A DNA stretch of 47,878 nucleotides, the filler included, from an uncultured virus (IMG/VR IMGVR_UViG_2512564001_000010) (taxonomy: Duplodnaviria; Heunggongvirae; Uroviricota; Caudoviricetes). It is 6 parts of one record of this genome, joined end to end, with 100 filler letters (N's around TTAATTAATTAA, not from the genome) between each part and the next. Parts side by side here need not be neighbours in the genome. Positions count along the whole stretch, not along the records: positions 9,845 to 40,514 come from IMGVR_UViG_2512564001_000010; 5 more parts are not named here. One strand, given 5' to 3'. Below are positions 9,959 to 19,836 of this stretch, piece by piece. The notes beneath the pieces are model-generated. The model saw nothing but the letters and a program-made list of their open reading frames with translations, searched no databases and was not told where the DNA came from. Every line of letters begins with the position of its first letter. Position 1 is the stretch's first letter. The position numbers and the translations under genes are program-made.

Positions 9959-10397
9959 TAAGGTTATACTCGTGTATCCAGTCATTACGATGAGCAGCTT
10001 TTTCTTCCTGCTCACGGAACATGCCAGCTTTACGCTGTGCTTTAGTTATTGGATCTTGCTGAATAATTTTGCGGTTATGACATCCCTGACACAGTGATTG
10101 ATGGTTATCTTGCCACCAGAACAGTACATCACTACCTCCCTCAATAGGGATGATGTGATCTACTATCTTCGCGGGTGTATAAATACCTTTGCTCTCACAC
10201 ATCACACAGAGCGGATGGGCTTTCAAATACATCAGGCGGTACTTATCCCATTGGGGAGTATAACCACGCTCTCTACGTGTTCCACGTTGTTTATCCAATC
10301 GGCGTCTGGCTGCTCGTTTATGCGCTTCGCACTTACCCGATTTAACTCGGGTACTACAGCCTGGCTCTGTACATCTTTTTAATGGTTGATACGGCAT
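9927..10397 (-). CDS. Packaging-associated HNH endonuclease
   Basis: RGY...W...HPLCVMC...VDHIIP...NHQSLCQGCHNRK. Confidence 0.92.
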   Translation of the reverse strand: MPYQPLKRCTEPGCSTRVKSGKCEAHKRAARRRLDKQRGTRRERGYTPQWDKYRLMYLKAHPLCVMCESKGIYTPAKIVDHIIPIEGGSDVLFWWQDNHQSLCQGCHNRKIIQQDPITKAQRKAGMFREQEEKAAHRNDWIHEYNLNGRISDKSVG

Positions 10398-10700
10398 TTA
10401 ATACACTCCAATATCTCGATACACTGACCATAACGATTTAATCGTAAAGGGGACTTCTTTAAGCTCAACATCTGTTGCCATTTCCCGATTCTCATAGAGC
10501 AATCCGATATAGAGCAAACACCCAACCTTAATTGCTGGCGTGAATGTCAATCCTTCATCAAACCGTTTGCCGATATGTTGTTGACAGGCTTCAAGTGCTG
10601 CTTCGGCATACGTGGTTAATAATTTATCATCCAGCGTAAAACTCTCTTCTAATCGACAATGCTGTTTGATTTCATTTAAAGGGATTTTTACATCAATCAA
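10398..10700 (-). CDS. Head-tail connector (HK97 gp6-like)
   Basis: EIKQHCRLE...DDKLL...LYENRE motifs. Confidence 0.9.
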   Translation of the reverse strand: MIDVKIPLNEIKQHCRLEESFTLDDKLLTTYAEAALEACQQHIGKRFDEGLTFTPAIKVGCLLYIGLLYENREMATDVELKEVPFTIKSLWSVYRDIGVY

Positions 10701-11031
10701 ATCGTCCTCCTCCCTTGCAAATCAATTCTAATCTTGATTGGCGTGCATCGGATAAAACAACGGCTATCTCAAATCGAGAACCCAGTGTATTAGCACCTTT
10801 ATACACAATGGCGTTGTCAATCGTGATATCAGGACGATAACGCATCCAAATCTTGACGATGGCTTGAGGATAGCGAGTACCAAAGGTTAATAACTCCTGA
10901 CCACGTAGCGCTTTTACTTCTGCCCAGACATCTTCAACATCTACCCAGGTTACTCGCTGGTCACCTAGATTACCGTATGTAATCTCTTGTTTCTGAATCG
11001 TCACACGATGTCTTAATCGTCCTGCTCTCAT
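10693..11031 (-). CDS. Head closure protein (SPP1 gp16-like)
   Basis: MRAGRLRHRVTIQ...W...VWAEV...IWMRYRPDIT. Confidence 0.9.
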   Translation of the reverse strand: MRAGRLRHRVTIQKQEITYGNLGDQRVTWVDVEDVWAEVKALRGQELLTFGTRYPQAIVKIWMRYRPDITIDNAIVYKGANTLGSRFEIAVVLSDARQSRLELICKGGGRFD

Positions 11032-12245
11032 GCGTTGTCCTCCGCATGTTTCTTAACCTCAATATGTTGTTTCCACGCCTGACTAAATTCATCACCGCCA
11101 TCACGAGGCGGTAAGCCTTCCCGTTCACGGGCTTCATTGGGGCACATCACACCGGATTTAATCGCCGTTTCATAACTTAAGAAACGCTCTCTTGGGTTGG
11201 CTCTGAGTAAATCGGCGGTGTCAAATTCCACTTGGTAACGCATACCGGATTGCGGAACATTAAGTAGTAGTGCCGATTTGATTTGCTGCTCGAAATTCGC
11301 TAACCAGGGACGCATGGTAATGGTTAAAAACGCGCGGCTGGCTTCACTAAAATTACTGTAGGTACTGTTGGAATATTCTTGCAGAAAAATAGGGCTGACA
11401 TTGAACATACGGGCAATATCTTCTATCGTAAAACGGCGGGAAGCTAACCATTCTGCATCCTGATTACTCATGCCTAATTTTTCATATCCCATTCCACCTT
11501 CAAGGATTGGCACTTTACCCGCATTTTTTGCGCCTCGATAACGTTCAAGCGCGTCAAGGGCTTTTTGCCCTTTGGCATCATTCAGCCACTCATTGGATTT
11601 AATAATCCCTGCTGCCATCATGCCATCTTTCATCACACTCGCGCCGTGGCGCTGTTGGGCTAGTCCTAAACCTAATGTCTCCCGACAAATCGTAATCGGT
11701 GAACGTCCCATAAACCCATCATCCGTGGCGTAACGTAAATGTAAGATTTCTTCTTGCAGACAGATACGGACTTGACCACTGTAGGGCTCGGTTATCGTAT
11801 AACGGTAACGGTGCTCACTTAATCGTTCAGGTACAACCGCACTCGGCGGATAAGGATGTAATGAAGCGGGCTGTCCGTCTTTACCCCATGTGATAAGCGC
11901 ATAGGCATTACCATTGAGTAAGCAATGGCGCATTAGGGTTCGTTTAAACTGGAAAGGTGTTTGACAATCATTTGGTTTTTCATTGAGCAAATAATCTACC
12001 ACGTGGTTACTTAGCCATTCCCGTGATTCCATACCTTTATCATTGTGTACCCGATATAAAAAACAGGGCATCGTCGCCACCGCTTCACTAATCACCGTAA
12101 CGGCATTGATAACAGCGGGTAAGCCTTCTGCGGTGATCGGTGAGACATATTCGCCTGACCGACTGTTAGGAATGCCAGCCAGTGACAGGAACTCATCAAT
12201 ACTGAGGCTGCGCTCTTCTGCCTTTTTATGTCTGAATGGCCACAT
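11028..12245 (-). CDS. HK97-family portal protein
   Basis: LLNGNAY, ILHLRY, EDIARMFNV, PNEAREREGLPP; likely start MWPF at 12245. Confidence 0.95.
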   Translation of the reverse strand: MWPFRHKKAEERSLSIDEFLSLAGIPNSRSGEYVSPITAEGLPAVINAVTVISEAVATMPCFLYRVHNDKGMESREWLSNHVVDYLLNEKPNDCQTPFQFKRTLMRHCLLNGNAYALITWGKDGQPASLHPYPPSAVVPERLSEHRYRYTITEPYSGQVRICLQEEILHLRYATDDGFMGRSPITICRETLGLGLAQQRHGASVMKDGMMAAGIIKSNEWLNDAKGQKALDALERYRGAKNAGKVPILEGGMGYEKLGMSNQDAEWLASRRFTIEDIARMFNVSPIFLQEYSNSTYSNFSEASRAFLTITMRPWLANFEQQIKSALLLNVPQSGMRYQVEFDTADLLRANPRERFLSYETAIKSGVMCPNEAREREGLPPRDGGDEFSQAWKQHIEVKKHAEDNA

Positions 12246-12799
12246 TATTCCACCTCGGATAATTGGAGCCACCGATCATGTAAATGCGTGGGCTTAGGGC
12301 GATATGCATTGAGTGAACGTTTGGCAATTTCGACACCACTTTCAGGGTAAGCGGGTAAACTGGTGATCGTAATTTCTAGCAATTCAGCCTCAATAACCGT
12401 TCTAAGATAAGGCTTTTCACCAATTTCCCAATGGTCTTTTATCGTCCTAAACGCAAAGCTCATACCGGATATATCCCCCCGTTCAACCAGTGTTAGAACA
12501 TCTCGGCCTAATTGCGTATCCGGCGGGGTAAGCGCAAACCGTAACCCCGTTTCATCTTCACCCAGTTGTAACGTACCCGACGCGGTACGCCCTAACAGGT
12601 TGGTCACGTCATGTTCAAACAAACACCGTGTATCTGTTCCTTTTCCCAGACTGTTTTTAAACGCATAGGGGGCGAAGGTTTCAATAAATTCACCCCACAA
12701 CAGTTGTGAGCGACTATTCCACTTAACCGCATATCCTGTTAGCTTTTTTTCATCAGCAGACAGGCTTGCCGTACGTATTTCAAAATCCGTTGATTTCAT
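12245..12799 (-). CDS. HK97-family prohead protease
   Basis: GYAVKWN, LFEHD, GMSFAF, EITITSLPAYP; likely start MKST at 12799. Confidence 0.93.
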   Translation of the reverse strand: MKSTDFEIRTASLSADEKKLTGYAVKWNSRSQLLWGEFIETFAPYAFKNSLGKGTDTRCLFEHDVTNLLGRTASGTLQLGEDETGLRFALTPPDTQLGRDVLTLVERGDISGMSFAFRTIKDHWEIGEKPYLRTVIEAELLEITITSLPAYPESGVEIAKRSLNAYRPKPTHLHDRWLQLSEVE

Positions 12800-12824
12800 G
12801 GATGAATGACCAGAGGGATTAGCC

Positions 12825-13979
12825 TCATACTCCTGCTCCTTTCGCCTTGACCTCAAGCACTTTAATTGCATTGGAATCGACTAATCCACCGCCTAGATAT
12901 TTATCAGTATGGATCTTGATAAAGCCAGGCTCAGTAATATTGTCAGGCCGTGTACGTGTGCCTGTCTGATGGTCAACAATGGTGTAACCGCGTTTGAAGT
13001 CACCGAGGGCTATCACATCATCATCCATAAATTCAAGGTAATGAACCGATAAACCCAACAGACTATCAGGATCACCCACTTGTAACCGTTCACGCCAGAT
13101 ATAATCACCATTGCCATTTTTCAATTTTTGTACTTTGGCAGCCGTGTTTGAGTTCATCACCCAGACGGCATTTTTACGGTATTTATTTTTTAGCGTGAAT
13201 TTCAGGTCAATCAGACTATCCGCTTCCAGCTTGGTCACTTCCTGCTTTTGCAATGTGCCAAAGCTGCGCGCTTTATCCGCTTTCGTATCACGGGGATAGG
13301 ATAGAAATCCTTTTGCTTTTTTTGTGCCGTTACCACTGACTAAATCGGTTTCTTCGGTATCAACAAAGGTGTCAGCAATTTCACGGGTCAACCAGCCTAA
13401 AATATCGACATCACTAAAATCCAAGATTTCCTGAGTGGTTTTAGGATAGGCATAGACAGGGAATAACTTGATACTGACTTCTTCCAGTTTAGGGGTTGCG
13501 GTTTCGATGCGCGCTTTGCCTTCTTCACCGTGATTGATCACCGCCCCACCAACAGACACCAGTTGCTTATATTCGTTGCTGTGAGTGGTCTTGATAGTAC
13601 AGATTTTACGCATGACGGACTCATCACTGAGACGTTGCATAATCTGTTTATTCAGTTCAGGGATAACGGTATAGCCACCATCAGCCGGAACCCCAGTCGA
13701 AAGCCCGCGCGTTTCCCCTGTCAAAACATAATGCCTTAATGCATCATTTCCCTGTTCTTTTTGTACAGGTTTTGCCGCTAATGTTCTTTCTTCATCAGCA
13801 AGCGCTTCATAACGGGCGATTTCAGTATTGAGGGTTTCCGACTGATGACGCAACGCATCAAAGTTTTTAGCTTCATCTTCGGTCAGTGTTCGTTTTTCTG
13901 TTTCTGCTAATGTCAGCATTGATCGCATTTGTGCCGTTAAATCGGCTTTTTGCTGACGTAATTCAAGTAGTCTTTTCAA
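12825..13979 (-). CDS. HK97-fold major capsid protein (probable TTG start)
   Basis: Coiled-coil delta domain, DGGYTVIPE, GNGTKKAKG, GDFKRGY; GGAG RBS before the TTG at 13979. Confidence 0.93.
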   Translation of the reverse strand: MKRLLELRQQKADLTAQMRSMLTLAETEKRTLTEDEAKNFDALRHQSETLNTEIARYEALADEERTLAAKPVQKEQGNDALRHYVLTGETRGLSTGVPADGGYTVIPELNKQIMQRLSDESVMRKICTIKTTHSNEYKQLVSVGGAVINHGEEGKARIETATPKLEEVSIKLFPVYAYPKTTQEILDFSDVDILGWLTREIADTFVDTEETDLVSGNGTKKAKGFLSYPRDTKADKARSFGTLQKQEVTKLEADSLIDLKFTLKNKYRKNAVWVMNSNTAAKVQKLKNGNGDYIWRERLQVGDPDSLLGLSVHYLEFMDDDVIALGDFKRGYTIVDHQTGTRTRPDNITEPGFIKIHTDKYLGGGLVDSNAIKVLEVKAKGAGV

Positions 13980-14569
13980 GGTTGGCTCCTGCATGCAGTG
14001 ATTGTCTTGACTGAACATGCAGAAAAAAAAGCAGCTAAGGGAAGGTGATATAAACCTTAACCGCTTTTAGTAACCATGAATATTTCAAAATACACCTGCA
14101 TGAATCAGGAACCTCAATTTAACATGATGAAAAATAACAGGAAACAACCTCACAGGAAGGCAAAAAAGATGAGAAAACATGAGAACCAATAATTTACATA
14201 ACTTTACATTAATTATTTATTAAATATCATCAGCTAAAAATTTAGCAGATGTTCTTATCAATTTGTCATTCTCCCAGGTCACTGTTGTAATGACCTCGAA
14301 ATAATCCACTAACCCTTTGATTTACTGCAAGAGGTCAAATTGACCACCCGCTAGGATATTCAATTCATCAAGAAAAGTTGCAATGACAGAATGGGTAATC
14401 CCTTGATTTTATTACTGACGGTCAAATTGACCGTTTGAGATGTTTTATAGAGAGCCTCCCAGTAAAAGAAATATTTTTCTGATAACACTTTTACTCAAAA
14501 GTTAAATTTTATTTATAACTCTATCTATTAAAGAAAAATAGGGGGGGTGTGTAAAAGTTTATGGTTTAA

Positions 14570-14818
14570 CTGTTCATACTGTTCATAATTTAATATTTAT
14601 CATATAAAACAATAGATTACACCATGAACACTCTATGAACACTTATGAATAGTTATGAACACTTGGCATAAATTTCTTATTTTTCCATGAACACTTATGA
14701 ACACTTCATGAATAGTTTTATCTCAAGTGTTCATGCTTTAATTAATTGATATATAATGTATTTTTGGTATATATGAACAGTATGAACACTTTTTGCTAAA
14801 ACTTTTCACACATACCCT
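14570..14818. repeat. Iteron cluster downstream of primase (P4 crr/ori-like)
   Basis: Many ATGAACA(C/G)/TGTTCAT units in both orientations, AT-rich, IHF-like site; 14687-14818 is duplicated at 20613-20744. Confidence 0.8.
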
Positions 14819-14862
14819 TTCCTATTTTAGGAGATATAAACTTTATTTATGTATAAAAAAAT

Positions 14863-14888
14863 AAAAAACCAGCCTTTTACTGGCTGGC
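14863..14888 (-). terminator. Intrinsic terminator after primase
   Basis: CCAGCC/GGCTGG hairpin followed by a T-run on the minus strand. Confidence 0.65.
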
Positions 14889-14915
14889 GGTATTGGTTTA
14901 ATCTTATTGTGTATT

Positions 14916-17255
14916 CTATGGTATGGGTACACTTGGCAACCAATCTTTAGCTTCCTCTTCATCTAATTCAAGATTGGTTCTATACCCATACATTGTTCTT
15001 TCTCTAATATACTTTTTTCCCATTTCTTTTAACGCCCCATTAATTGAGCGTCCAAAGTTCGTTAAACTCAATGCGTTTTTATTTCCATTCCCTTGCATAT
15101 AAGCCATGTAAGCATGATATAAATACTTTCTTGGCACTTGAGGGAAGATATTAGCATTTCCCATCAACATACCGCTTGCCCCTTCCATTGCAATAAGATA
15201 AGCACAAAAATCGATGAGGGGATCACTCTCCCGTTTAACTTCGGTTGCTTCTCCAGAGTCTCTTTGTTCAAGTAATAACTGATAGGCTATTTCTGACTGT
15301 GTGAATTCAAGCAATAAATCTCGAATAATAACAGGGATCTCCGCTTCTATTTTCTCTGTCAGTTTTTTATCTTTATCTTTGTCAGGAACTGATTCATTAA
15401 AATGAAATATGACTCGCCTTCTGGCTATGCCGTTATGACGCTCCGTAAATTGCATGGGGCGATTGCCTGTTATAATCACGACAGACTTCATCACCATTGA
15501 GAATTGTTTCTCGTATTTTGGGTCAATGCCAACCTCATCACCGCCTGTAATGGCTTTTAGTCCTTCACCATCACCACTATATTTTCGTTGATCAGGGAGT
15601 AATATCAACTTTTTGCCAATAAATTGCGCTCTTCCTCTTGCATCATCAAGAGATTTAAGTTCGCCACTCGAAGTGTTGTGTTTTCCTGTCAGAAATTCAG
15701 CAATATGCATAAAAACACTTTTACCGCTTCCGCCTACGCCTGTTACTTCAATAAACAGTTGCCAGTCATAACGATTAGCCAGCACCATATATAAACCGGC
15801 TTTTATCCGTCTGGCTTTATCAGCATTACCGCCTGATACATGATTTAACCATTTTGTATAATTGGGGGCATTTGCTTCTAATGTCTCACCTTCTACCGCT
15901 TCGGTGTAGGTGATCCCATTTTCATGTAATAGCCAATCATCAGGATTATGGGGACTAAACTTATGGTTTTTTGTATTTAACACACCGTTAGCAAATCCAA
16001 TAACATCAAGATCTCTTTCTCTTATCGGTTCAGCAATGACTTTTAATACATCAATCACGCCATTAATTCTTCTCATACTAAAATGAGTGTTATTTTCAGT
16101 GAAGAAATTAGCCATTTCACGAGATAATTCACTATCTTTTATCGGCTGCCATATTATCCCATTGTAGTTATATATCGTTGATGATTCCATATTTACAGCA
16201 AGCCTACCATAACGAGAAATTAACAATTTAGCTAACTGATTGGGTGCTAATTGTGCGATATCGGTATCCGTATCAATACTCAGTTTCTTATCACAATTAA
16301 CTAAAATTTTATTCGTTTTCATATTATTTTCGCTTAATTTGTACACCCCCTCTATAAACGCCTGTTTTGTTGCCTCAATCCCGTATTGCTGACGGTAATC
16401 ATCCCAATCAGCTTTTTCTTTGGTTGGCGGTATGGTGACCCAACCATTAACCACTTTTGCGGTTTTCTCCGCTTTAATCTTGCCAATATTGGCTTCATCG
16501 GGCTTAACATCATTATCCGCCGCAATAATGATTTTTGATTGGGGGTAATGCTTCCTGACCCATGTAGCAACGGGTAATAAATTACCTTCATCAAGCGCTG
16601 CCAGTACCACGCCTTCATGTAACTGGCTCACGGTTAAAGCGGTTGCATATCCTTCGGCAATTAACACCGTATCGGGCGTTCCAGTGAAATCAACGACGGG
16701 AATATAGCCCCCTTTTTTCCTTGTGCCTGAGATAAAGCGCTTTTCGCCATTAGGCTTAATTATCTGCGCACCCAACAACTCATTACCCTGTTTGACGGGC
16801 AATATCATTGAGCCATCAGCTAATAGCTTGACTGAACAGGTATGACCTTTACGTATTAAGTACTGAGACTGACCTGATGTGGCTTCTTCTAATAATTTCG
16901 TTGCCTTATCCACAACGCTAATATTAGGCGGTTGAGGGTTTTCCCCAGAATTGGCGAAAACTACTTTTTTAGTCAGCGGTATCGCTAATACCTTAGCGAC
17001 TTCATTAGCCGCTTCGGTGACATCAACATTAAATAACCGTCTCACTAAATCCAGTCCGTCACCACTACCACACTGATTACAGATAAATGTGCCGTTACCT
17101 TCCTTATCATCAAAACGAAACCGATCTTTACCCCCACAAGCTGGACAGGCGGTATGGCGATTCAAGGGGACTTCTGCCCCCAGTGATGCTAATATCCCTT
17201 GCCACCGTCCAGTGGACTGCTGCTTAACCTGGCGGATTAAATCAATATTTCTCAT
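14916..17255 (-). CDS. P4 alpha-like primase-helicase (Zn ribbon, TOPRIM, D5/SF3 helicase)
   Basis: CPACGGKDRFRFDD, IAEGYATA, IAADND, DWDD, Walker A GVGGSGKS. Confidence 0.95.
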   Translation of the reverse strand: MRNIDLIRQVKQQSTGRWQGILASLGAEVPLNRHTACPACGGKDRFRFDDKEGNGTFICNQCGSGDGLDLVRRLFNVDVTEAANEVAKVLAIPLTKKVVFANSGENPQPPNISVVDKATKLLEEATSGQSQYLIRKGHTCSVKLLADGSMILPVKQGNELLGAQIIKPNGEKRFISGTRKKGGYIPVVDFTGTPDTVLIAEGYATALTVSQLHEGVVLAALDEGNLLPVATWVRKHYPQSKIIIAADNDVKPDEANIGKIKAEKTAKVVNGWVTIPPTKEKADWDDYRQQYGIEATKQAFIEGVYKLSENNMKTNKILVNCDKKLSIDTDTDIAQLAPNQLAKLLISRYGRLAVNMESSTIYNYNGIIWQPIKDSELSREMANFFTENNTHFSMRRINGVIDVLKVIAEPIRERDLDVIGFANGVLNTKNHKFSPHNPDDWLLHENGITYTEAVEGETLEANAPNYTKWLNHVSGGNADKARRIKAGLYMVLANRYDWQLFIEVTGVGGSGKSVFMHIAEFLTGKHNTSSGELKSLDDARGRAQFIGKKLILLPDQRKYSGDGEGLKAITGGDEVGIDPKYEKQFSMVMKSVVIITGNRPMQFTERHNGIARRRVIFHFNESVPDKDKDKKLTEKIEAEIPVIIRDLLLEFTQSEIAYQLLLEQRDSGEATEVKRESDPLIDFCAYLIAMEGASGMLMGNANIFPQVPRKYLYHAYMAYMQGNGNKNALSLTNFGRSINGALKEMGKKYIRERTMYGYRTNLELDEEEAKDWLPSVPIP

Positions 17256-17602
17256 GATTTATCCTCCTGAGCAGCAGCGCTATCCGCCATGTCATTCATC
17301 ATATCAACCCACATATCAAGCCCAATCCCTGACAACTTGCCGTTCTCAACACACAGGTCAAGTATTTGTACAGCGACGGATTCCCAAGATTTATACTCAT
17401 CTTTCAACGGTTTTAATGCATAAGTATCAACCAGCTTCCTAATCCCTTTTACACCGTCGATAATATCAACATGAATAGCGTCATCTTCCGTGTATAACGT
17501 AAAGCAGTCTCCGCCGTTTTCTTCTCTTACATCCTGATAGATTGCCTTAGCGAAAGCGTTAGCCCGTGTATTCAGGCGAAAGTTTAAATTGATTAATGTC
17601 AT
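17252..17602 (-). CDS. Hypothetical satellite protein
   Basis: GGAG RBS before MTLINL; stop overlaps the primase start. Confidence 0.6.
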   Translation of the reverse strand: MTLINLNFRLNTRANAFAKAIYQDVREENGGDCFTLYTEDDAIHVDIIDGVKGIRKLVDTYALKPLKDEYKSWESVAVQILDLCVENGKLSGIGLDMWVDMMNDMADSAAAQEDKS

Positions 17603-17612
17603 CTCTCCCTCC

Positions 17613-18149
17613 TTAATGCACGGTAACGGGCTTAACATATTCGTTAAGCACATCATCAATAAATAGGTCATGGAGTTCAGATAGCGTTTTTTGCCCCATT
17701 GATGAGAGCTTTAAACCCTTATCACTTCCCTCTAGCATATTTTGGTAAAACGTTAGAATGTGTTTTTCTGCTACTGATTTACTTTCCCTCTCATAAAAAG
17801 CCCCTTCAATATTATTTGCCATGCCCATGCGTTCTGTCGCCAGATAAACCGGAAGATGAAAATTTCTATGTGTGTAGTAAGCCTGTCCATTTGTCATGAC
17901 ACAGTGCAATAAGAAAACCACCGCAATCACACAGCGATAAGACAGGATTAAATCCGCGTTGTTGAAATTGCCTGTTTTCCAGTATTCATTGATTAACAAG
18001 AGTGCTAAAGAAGGGTTATCATCCCATTCCCCCTCATTGACACGATTAGGGATATCCGCTATTGGAACAATTAATTTTTCAACCTTGCCTTGTTCATCAG
18101 ACTGAGTGATTTTTACGTTTTTACCGATAGTTTTTATGGTATTTCTCAT
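17613..18149 (-). CDS. Hypothetical satellite protein
   Basis: 178 aa; GAGG RBS; coupled to the upstream gene. Confidence 0.6.
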   Translation of the reverse strand: MRNTIKTIGKNVKITQSDEQGKVEKLIVPIADIPNRVNEGEWDDNPSLALLLINEYWKTGNFNNADLILSYRCVIAVVFLLHCVMTNGQAYYTHRNFHLPVYLATERMGMANNIEGAFYERESKSVAEKHILTFYQNMLEGSDKGLKLSSMGQKTLSELHDLFIDDVLNEYVKPVTVH

Positions 18150-18466
18150 CTCACTTCCTCCGATAAAGACAAGCCTTCACGCCGATAAAGCGTAAACTTT
18201 GCATCATCAGCACCCTGATTTAACGCCTTGGCTATTCTCGGTAAGTGTTGCAAGGCATTACCTAAACGGTATAAATCCCGCTGAGCCTGACCCTCAGGAT
18301 AATCCTCATTGGCACTCGCCCATAAAGCACATTCACCCATCACTTGAAGCCCTGACATAATTCCGCTATAAGCATCTTTATAAATACAGAGTATTTCGCG
18401 TAGCTCATCATTGCTCATGTTGCTTAAGTTATTGTTTGCAATGTAGTGATAAATATCCGCCATCAT
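18146..18466 (-). CDS. Conserved PICI/P4-like hypothetical protein
   Basis: 106 aa; ANEDY...LPRIAKALN pattern; coupled start/stop. Confidence 0.65.
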   Translation of the reverse strand: MMADIYHYIANNNLSNMSNDELREILCIYKDAYSGIMSGLQVMGECALWASANEDYPEGQAQRDLYRLGNALQHLPRIAKALNQGADDAKFTLYRREGLSLSEEVR

Positions 18467-18687
18467 TAAGCCCTCCCTGCATAGGTGTATTCTTGAGGGA
18501 TAGATATGTTCTCAACAATGGTTATTGCATCTTTATGTATTAACTGGTTTAAATCACACGCAATGCCTAATAAATCAAATAATTGTCTTGAGCACTCATC
18601 CGTTGCTTTTTCTAAAATCACCTCGTACAAAGAGCTTGCCAATTGGGATTTATACTCAATATTATTTATGGTTAAAGAATTACGCAT
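18466..18687 (-). CDS. Hypothetical satellite protein
   Basis: 73 aa; overlaps both neighbours. Confidence 0.55.
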   Translation of the reverse strand: MRNSLTINNIEYKSQLASSLYEVILEKATDECSRQLFDLLGIACDLNQLIHKDAITIVENISIPQEYTYAGRA

Positions 18688-19282
18688 GATGTACCCCCTT
18701 GGTGAAATCCCCTAAATCACAGATAGACAGTTGGGAAAGTTCAATAACGGTTTTGATGGCTGGACGAATCCGCTTAAGCTCTCTACGGCGTAGTGTCATC
18801 GCTGCACTGCCTGGCTTACCATGACCAAGATAAGAGTCTTTCTCAGCCTTAGCGACAAGATGTTGAGCTTCCTCCGGTTTCATCTGGCTTAACTCTTCAA
18901 GTGAGGGAATTTCAACATGACGGAGTTCACCTAATGTGTTACGGCGGAAATAAATATTGACTAACTCTTCTTGTACCTCCCAAGCTAAATCATCCTGAAA
19001 TGGCTTAACCAATAACAAATAGCCCATCTCCGTTATCAATACACCTTTAGGACTCTTCTTAGGGAAAAGGTCAAGAAGCATGTTGCGGACTATTAGTCCG
19101 GAAGATAGCTCAAAAAAGTGGCGATTTTCTATAAAGCGCTGACGGTGACGACGGAAATAACGTCCGGCTGTTCCTCTGGGGCGATCATGTGCCTTATCAA
19201 TCATGGCAAAGGTGACAACACGCTTACCTTGGTACTCCACAACTGGCATTGCTCGATTATGGATAGCAACAAAATTACGCAT
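18680..19282 (-). CDS. ORF6N-domain DNA-binding / antirepressor-like protein
   Basis: VEYQGKRVVTFAMIDKAH.RP.GTA...LITEMGYLLLVKPFQDDLAWEVQEELV. Confidence 0.85.
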   Translation of the reverse strand: MRNFVAIHNRAMPVVEYQGKRVVTFAMIDKAHDRPRGTAGRYFRRHRQRFIENRHFFELSSGLIVRNMLLDLFPKKSPKGVLITEMGYLLLVKPFQDDLAWEVQEELVNIYFRRNTLGELRHVEIPSLEELSQMKPEEAQHLVAKAEKDSYLGHGKPGSAAMTLRRRELKRIRPAIKTVIELSQLSICDLGDFTKGVHHA

Positions 19283-19508
19283 GAGCCACCTCCTGAGCAT
19301 GAGAAGTGGAGCACGCTATGATGCTTTGAGGTGTTATAGGCTTACGGCCTAACCAGACAAGGCGATCATCTTTGAACAGCACATAAAATAATCTGCGTTC
19401 ACGACGGGTCAATGACACTTTGCCGTAGGGAATATTGTAATCTAAACGAATAATCCAGTAAGTATCTGTAAATTTAGGGTGAGTTTGGGTAGACTTATAC
19501 AAAGCCAT
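19275..19508 (-). CDS. Icd-like (host division inhibitor family) protein
   Basis: TQTHPKF...RRERR...LVWLGR; C-terminal part of the 361-aa ORF; own ATG after a hairpin leader. Confidence 0.6.
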   Translation of the reverse strand: MALYKSTQTHPKFTDTYWIIRLDYNIPYGKVSLTRRERRLFYVLFKDDRLVWLGRKPITPQSIIACSTSHAQEVAHA

Positions 19509-19644
19509 AACTGTTACCTTAGTTAACATTGTGGTTAGCCCTCGCGTGGTACTACCAATACCATACGGGGGCGATTCATTTAAATGCTGCATTATGTTAA
19601 GGTGTAGACCTAACATTTTTAATACTAATACAACAGGTCTATAC

Positions 19645-19836
19645 ATGTCAACACAAAGAAGAGATAAAAGTCCTAAGGGATTAGGCCGATCACCAATGTT
19701 TAATATAAGATTATCCCCTGAGTTAAAAGCACAATTTGAAATGGTCGCTTCTGACGCTGGAATGTCTTTAGGAAACTGGCTAAAAACTCTAGGACGCGAA
19801 GAGCTTAAACGCTTAGGCATCACCCCTAAAGGCTGA
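19645..19836 (+). CDS. Ribbon-helix-helix (Arc-like) regulator
   Basis: SPMFNIRLSPELKAQFEMVASDAGMSLGNWLK; divergent from icd. Confidence 0.75.
   Translation: MSTQRRDKSPKGLGRSPMFNIRLSPELKAQFEMVASDAGMSLGNWLKTLGREELKRLGITPKG

Noticed and set aside
14570..14818. Possible CRISPR array from the short repeats (also 36870-37040)
   Set aside because: Units are 7-9 bp, in both orientations, without unique spacers, and there are no cas genes; they fit iterons.
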